Below are positions 58,635 to 64,000 of a DNA stretch of 64,000 bases, piece after piece. This DNA is from Selaginella moellendorffii. Lineage: Eukaryota > Plantae > Lycopodiophyta. The stretch spans positions 750,214 through 814,213 of the forward strand of contig NW_003314349.1 of assembly GCF_000143415.4 (NCBI RefSeq), written 5' to 3'. The position numbers were made by a program, and so were the translations under genes. The number at the start of each line of letters is the position of its first letter. Within the stretch, counting starts at the first letter, position 1. The notes under the pieces were generated by a model that searched no databases, was not told the origin of the DNA, and saw only the letters and a program-made list of their open reading frames with translations.

Positions 58635-59197
58635 CATGAGTGCATGAGCCTTTGGCATGACTCGAACCTTGAACCGGGATTTATTCTATAATTTAGGGCA
58701 TGTAAGTGCTTATAGAATAAATCCCGGAGGAGCAAGAAATGCTCTTGGTCACTTTCTTGTAGAATGTAATGATGGAGTTCTCCACGAACAAAAGAAAGCT
58801 TTTGATGCCGTGGGTGAATTGAAGACCAGGGTAAATACTGGTACTAATTAAGGGCTTTCTGGAGGCACACAATGTGTGACAAGCTCAGTAGACTTGCATT
58901 GGATCAATCGAAGCTGATAGTCACCCTCACACACTTGCAAACCCAAACATGGGGATTAGGCTTGCTAATGCAACCCTAACAAAACTGACTTGATCATGGT
59001 ATAGCATGGTTTACCATACTCAACTCAGTCACATGATCAATGGGAGTGATCCCGCCACTCTATGATGGACTACAATCTTCAAGTGGGACTAGGATGGTTC
59101 CATCACAACCACCTGGTAAGTGGTTTTGTGGTTAGTGTATAGAATCTGATAAAAAAGGTCTAAGGTTCAAGTCATGCCAAAGGCTTGTGCACCCATG
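58635..59197. mobile_element. Possible MITE bounded by ~36-bp imperfect inverted repeats
   Basis: CATGAGTGCATGAGCCTTTGGCATGACTCGAACCTT matches the reverse complement of 59162-59197; no clear TSD. Confidence 0.4.
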
Positions 59198-59244
59198 TGG
59201 TAATGTTCTTACTAAACAAACAAACTCAGTAGACTTGTAGTAGA

Positions 59245-59855
59245 GTCACCCACATTTGTAAACCCTAAACTCTAAAGCCCACTAGGGGTTATATCATAAC
59301 TTCCAAGTCAAGTGCTTCAAAATCTTGATGACAATAAAGGTTATATCATAACTTCCAAGTCAAGTGCTTCAAAATCTTGATGACAATAATCAAGTGCTTC
59401 AAAATCTTGATGACAATAAAGGTTATATCATAACTTCCAAGTCAAGTGCTTCATCTTGATGACAATAAAATAAGTCATCTAACCGAGGTTGTAAACCCTA
59501 AACTCTAAAGCCCACTAGGGGTTATATCATAACTTCCAAGTCAAGTGCTTCAAAATCTTGATGACAATAAAATAAGTCATCTAACCGAGGTTTTAAGATT
59601 GCATGTGATTGTGATGGTTGAACCTCATAATTAATTATAGTCCGGTTATTTTTTCTCCTTGTTTTGAGAGTCACCCACATTTGTAAACCCTAAACTCTAA
59701 AGCCCACTAGGGGTTATATCATAACTTCCAAGTCAAGTGCTTCAAAATCTTGATGACAATAAAATAAGTCATCTAACCGAGGTTTTAAGATTGCATGTGA
59801 TTGTGATGGTTGAACCTCATAATTAATTATAGTCCGGTTATTTTTTCTCCTTATT
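59245..59855. repeat. Nested near-perfect tandem duplications (~52-bp core within ~185-bp units)
   Basis: GGTTATATCATAACTTCCAAGTCAAGTGCTTCAAAATCTTGATGACAATAAA repeated about 5 times with variable extensions. Confidence 0.9.
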
Positions 59856-59899
59856 TTAACATAATAATAATTACACCAAGTTAAAAAAAGCCCAATCAC

Positions 59900-61850
59900 T
59901 ATGTCCTTCATCTCTGACAACAAAATACTATATAGCTGGATTTAAAGAGGATTGTATTAAAATTTGCAAGTATTGTCCTTATCAAATTTTATTTGAAAGT
60001 TGTTAATATTTCTTGATTTAACAATCGCACCATTGATTAGCTTTTTGTATGCATGGTTTCGAATAAAACCATGATATTTGCAATAACTAATAAACCAGTA
60101 CCTTCCATAAACCTTAGTAATAAATTGATGAATTGCCTAATCCATCATTTAATTATGAGTATGTATTTTTTTCAGATGAGAGTATAGCTTTTATATTTGC
60201 ATGGAATACCTCAATTGAACTATTTGTCTCCTTGGTAGCATGAGGGAAATTTTGAGTAGCAACAACCCACATTTCTATCAAATATAAATTAAAATAAATT
60301 ATTAAAATCAAAATATTAATTCACTTATCAACTTTGTCCTTCCATTCATCTTGAAAATACTTGATAAAAGCTACTTCTTTTTGAAAATCCATTTCAAAAT
60401 ATTCAATAAGTTGTTTAATCTCAGCTTGTATAATATTATCATTGTGAAAAGCTGCGTGAATTAAATAATACATAATATCTCCAAGACATTTTTATATTTC
60501 TATCCTAATATCCCAAGATTTCACCTTATGAATAATATGTTTGAGCCAATTCATCCTTACATGCTAAATACATAATAAAATTTGACAATCAACTGTATCT
60601 TTATTAAAAAAAAGTTGTGATAATGATTGATGGTGTTAAAGTAGAGATTAATGCTATAAGGTAATTAATTTGATATGATATAATTTAATCTAGCATGTGT
60701 TCTAAAACTCGTTTTTAAAGAGCTATTATCCAATTCTTTATATGTTTTCCTTTCTCACTAAAAGTTAAAATTCATACAATTGAAATACCATTTCTATAAT
60801 AACAAAAAACAAGCATAGTGTATAATGGGAACTGTAAACTATTAAATATTATTCACTTAAAAATAAATGAAAATTTTACCTTATAGCAATTAGTTGCAAA
60901 AGTTGTATCAAGACTCAACAAATTATTATTTGCAAAATCCACCATCTTTTGTAGTTGCCAAGTTGTGTGAATTTCTATGGTAAAATAGGAAAAATACTTT
61001 CTCAGGATTTGTGTTCTTCCAAATACATACACTCTATACATCATTCTTATGTAGTCAATAAATTGAAAGCAAATACTTTCTATACAGATTGTTGATATCT
61101 TACATAGTTAGAAAATCATCTTGACAAGGAGGTTCACGAGCTGATTTATTTCTTCCCACAATTTGTATATGCTTATTATAAATTTGATTTGATATGAAAT
61201 CCTGCTAGATCATATGAATCACCTAATGTCGAATATTTGCTGGAAGCTTCTAAAAAAGTAATGACTTTCCTCCACTTAGTTCAAGTTGACCATGATAAGG
61301 AATCCCATTCTTATCACAATGCTCTCTATGATAATACATAATCTGCACATAATCAAGCCATTGTAAAACTGTTTGACCAAAAAATTGCAAAGGCAACCTT
61401 GCTTGTTAGAACTTTGACTTGGTCTACTTCCAAGTCCTGACTTTAGTGTAGATTCAGCAATTGTAGAGGATGTTTCACAAGCATCTTGTTTTCCATATTC
61501 ACACCAATATCTATGTCAAGAAGTTAGTAATTATATTCTGTTAAGAAAATATACTTGATTAATGATAAAAAGCTTGTGTTTTTGTAAATGTCCAGATCAC
61601 AATTTTTGTTGGAAAATCACCAAAAATACACTCTATCACCCCTTCTCCTTTCACCATTTAAAAACTTATTCACATCCTTCTATAATATATACAACGAAAA
61701 ATAAATGAAAGTGAAAAAAGAAAACTAATAGGAGTTATAATTTCATTTGATTTAATCTAAATCATCTGCACAAAAATAATCTTTTTCATGGAATTCTTAC
61801 ACCTCATCAAGCCATAGGGGATCTTGAATGATTTTGAATCAATATGAAGT
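59900..61850 (-). mobile_element. Decayed Mutator (MULE) transposase
   Basis: LLSLDTTFATNCYK (first catalytic D, ~60900); ILLCI*HVRMNW (CxxH, ~60560); TKETNSSIEVFHANIK (catalytic E, ~60200). Confidence 0.7.
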
Positions 61851-62089
61851 TGAATTGATTATTTACCTCTAGAAATTGGGAACAAAGCAAGTGTGAATGG
61901 AAACATTTTTAGGTCAATTATGGCTAGTTGTGCCCACCAGGGTCATAGGCGCCATTGCGAGTCATAGTGGGGTTGTGGGCAAGGATTGCCAAGGTACAAC
62001 TAGGAGTTGAATTTGCAGAAGAAGATTTGCAGAACCCTAAAACGTGGTTTAGCCTTTAACCCACATTAGACTGTATCCGTACTTGTGTG

Positions 62090-62345
62090 AGGTGGATTGT
62101 CAGAGTCTCATCATGAGACTCCAGTTGCTGGGCACTTTGGCATTATGAAAACAGTGGAATTGGTCGGTGGCCTCATCTTTGTCAGTCTATGGAAGAGTTT
62201 ATCCACACCTGCGACATTTGCGCCTGGTCCGAGTTTCCTCAACACCATCTGTATGGTCTTCTTCAACCACTTCCAGCTCCAACTATGCCCTGGTCTTGCA
62301 TCTCAATGGACTTTGTGACTGATCTTCCACCAGTTCAAGGAGTTG
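62090..62345 (+). mobile_element. Ty3/Gypsy integrase fragment (HHCC zinc finger to first catalytic D)
   Basis: HETPVAGHFGIMKT...CDICA...GLLQPLPAPTMPWSCISMDFVTDLP, frameshifted. Confidence 0.85.
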
Positions 62346-62654
62346 TTGGTACTCCAAATCTAATGTTGAACTATGAATTTGCCAGATCTTCAAAGTTACA
62401 TCATTGGCTGAAAGAGGTACGCATGTGAACAGAGCAAAATTCAATTGACCTCCTTACCTTGGTCTAGCTTGGAAGGAACAACATATATGCCCAGCAATTT
62501 TAGCACATGGATTTGCTTAAGGCAACGATTGGGGACAATCGTGGCAGCGAACCAAAGTAGCCGCTGAAGCAAGTCACAGTACCTGTCACTGAAGCGAGTT
62601 GTACCTGTCAATCATATCCATGAGTATATAGGCCGAATTAGGTCAACAAACCTT

Positions 62655-64000
62655 ATGGTCCTGGGCCGCGACTTGGTCCCGATGGCGGCGACAATGGAGG
62701 TGGGGAGCTGGTTCAATACCCCTGCTATGTCCAACAAGGATAGAGTGTGGATTCGTGAGTGCTATAGCGACGTCTACACCGACATCAGGGAGCTCGCGAG
62801 CGTGGGCAAGCGCTACATCCACATCTCGGGGGACCCCGGAATCGGCAAGTCGTGTTTTCTGTGGTACGTTCTCAGGAGGCTCCTCGACGATGGAGAGACG
62901 GCCGTCATAGTAGAGCTCCTCGTAGGAATCACCGTGAATACTTTCGTCTTCAAGCAGGATGGGAGTTGCGACGCGGAAGATTCACCGGATTACAACCGCC
63001 CGGGGGTCTGGCTTCTTACTGATGAGGCATTTGTTGGGCACAGGGTTTGGAACGGAACCACGGTCTTGTTCGCGTCACCCGAGAAAGATAAGTGGATACA
63101 AGCAGAAAAGACTATGCAGGAACGCAAGTTCACGACGCTTTACATGCCGCCTTGGTCTGTCGACGAGTTGCAGGCCGTCTATTTTTCAGATCCCGAGAAT
63201 GAAGGCGAATACATGGAGTTCTGGGCGAAGTATTACGTTGCCGGGCCAATCATAAGGCACTACGTCACGCCTTTGATAAAGGTCCTCAGCGAGAAACTCA
63301 CGGCCGTCGAGAAAGTTGTGGATGGCGGGGTGCTGAACGCGACATTATTGAAGGCACACGAGATCTTCGTTTCCTGGCCAACTCTCGACTTCACCCGCGT
63401 GGACCATTTCTCCTTTGCTTCGGAGTGGGCAGCGGATTGTTTTGCAATCGCATGCTTCAATGGTCAGATCAAGAACTGGATCGCGTCCACTTTATTTTTG
63501 GCAGCGAACCGTTCATTGCGGAGTGCAGCTGGAGTTCTGTTCGAACGTGTTGCTCATTATCGACTCTCGATGGGTGGTGACTTTTGTAGCATTGACGATC
63601 CGACCAGAAAGCTTCATTTGGAGAAGCAGGAAGTGAAGTATTTCTCCGGTAACAGTCTTGATCTGCAAATACCTGGCCTCTACTACTTACAACCCAGCAG
63701 CACGTCATTCCCTGTGATAGACTCAGTGTATCCTCCACTCGTCCTTTTCCAGATCTCTATTGCCACGAAGCAGAGACCAATGAAGAAGTGTGACTACGAT
63801 GCCTTGTGCTCTTCTTTGATGGCATTCAGAAACGAGCACTCTGATATTCCGTCGGGCCTGGAAGGTGTGCCGGAGCCGAACCGAGTGCACGCTATTCTAG
63901 TGAAGATGGAGGGTGACAATGCAAAGCATTCGCAACGCCTGTGCATGGTGGAAGACGCTCCGGAAGACGCTCCAGCGAATGAAACGGCTCCTCGCCGGTC
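62655..64000 (+). CDS. Crinkler/RHS-type NTPase plus restriction-endonuclease-fold protein, open to the window end (not in ORF track)
   Basis: Uninterrupted frame: VWIRECY; ISGDPGIGKSCFLWYVL (Walker A); WLLTD; VLFASP; LYMPPWSVDEL; GPIIRH; GVLFERVAH; YLQPSSTSFPVIDSV; LFQISIA. Confidence 0.85.
   Translation, partial: MVLGRDLVPMAATMEVGSWFNTPAMSNKDRVWIRECYSDVYTDIRELASVGKRYIHISGDPGIGKSCFLWYVLRRLLDDGETAVIVELLVGITVNTFVFKQDGSCDAEDSPDYNRPGVWLLTDEAFVGHRVWNGTTVLFASPEKDKWIQAEKTMQERKFTTLYMPPWSVDELQAVYFSDPENEGEYMEFWAKYYVAGPIIRHYVTPLIKVLSEKLTAVEKVVDGGVLNATLLKAHEIFVSWPTLDFTRVDHFSFASEWAADCFAIACFNGQIKNWIASTLFLAANRSLRSAAGVLFERVAHYRLSMGGDFCSIDDPTRKLHLEKQEVKYFSGNSLDLQIPGLYYLQPSSTSFPVIDSVYPPLVLFQISIATKQRPMKKCDYDALCSSLMAFRNEHSDIPSGLEGVPEPNRVHAILVKMEGDNAKHSQRLCMVEDAPEDAPANETAPRR

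Noticed and set aside
59280-59780. CRISPR-like array
   Set aside because: No unique spacers; plain tandem duplication in eukaryotic DNA.

Overview
Plant nuclear DNA, most likely a lycophyte such as Selaginella (inferred from very short introns, high gene density and SS-rich and PLS-class PPR genes). It has three zones. (1) 1-5.5 kb is AT-rich transposon debris: an LTR end, a 12-bp satellite, a decayed Helitron PIF1 helicase with an intact 5S-carrying Cassandra-type TRIM nested in it, and an intronless GNA-lectin gene with one stop. (2) 5.8-41 kb is compact genes: IQD, UTP20 head-to-head with an RCC1/RCC2-like gene, PHT4, a PPR-E gene, a germin-like gene, RBOH, an ENT/EMSY-like gene, and a large PPR-E gene with an unusual repeated L-motif insertion. 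(3) 41-64 kb is a rearranged accessory zone: two identical copies of a 68-nt non-canonical tRNA-like unit with Pol III signals, a locally multiplied micro-exon gene ending in a PARP/ART-like domain, two Crinkler/RHS-type NTPase+nuclease genes (one missed by the ORF track because it runs off the window), more decayed Cassandra copies, a long inverted repeat, and MULE and Ty3 remnants. All calls come from manual reading; no database searches were run and exon boundaries are approximate.
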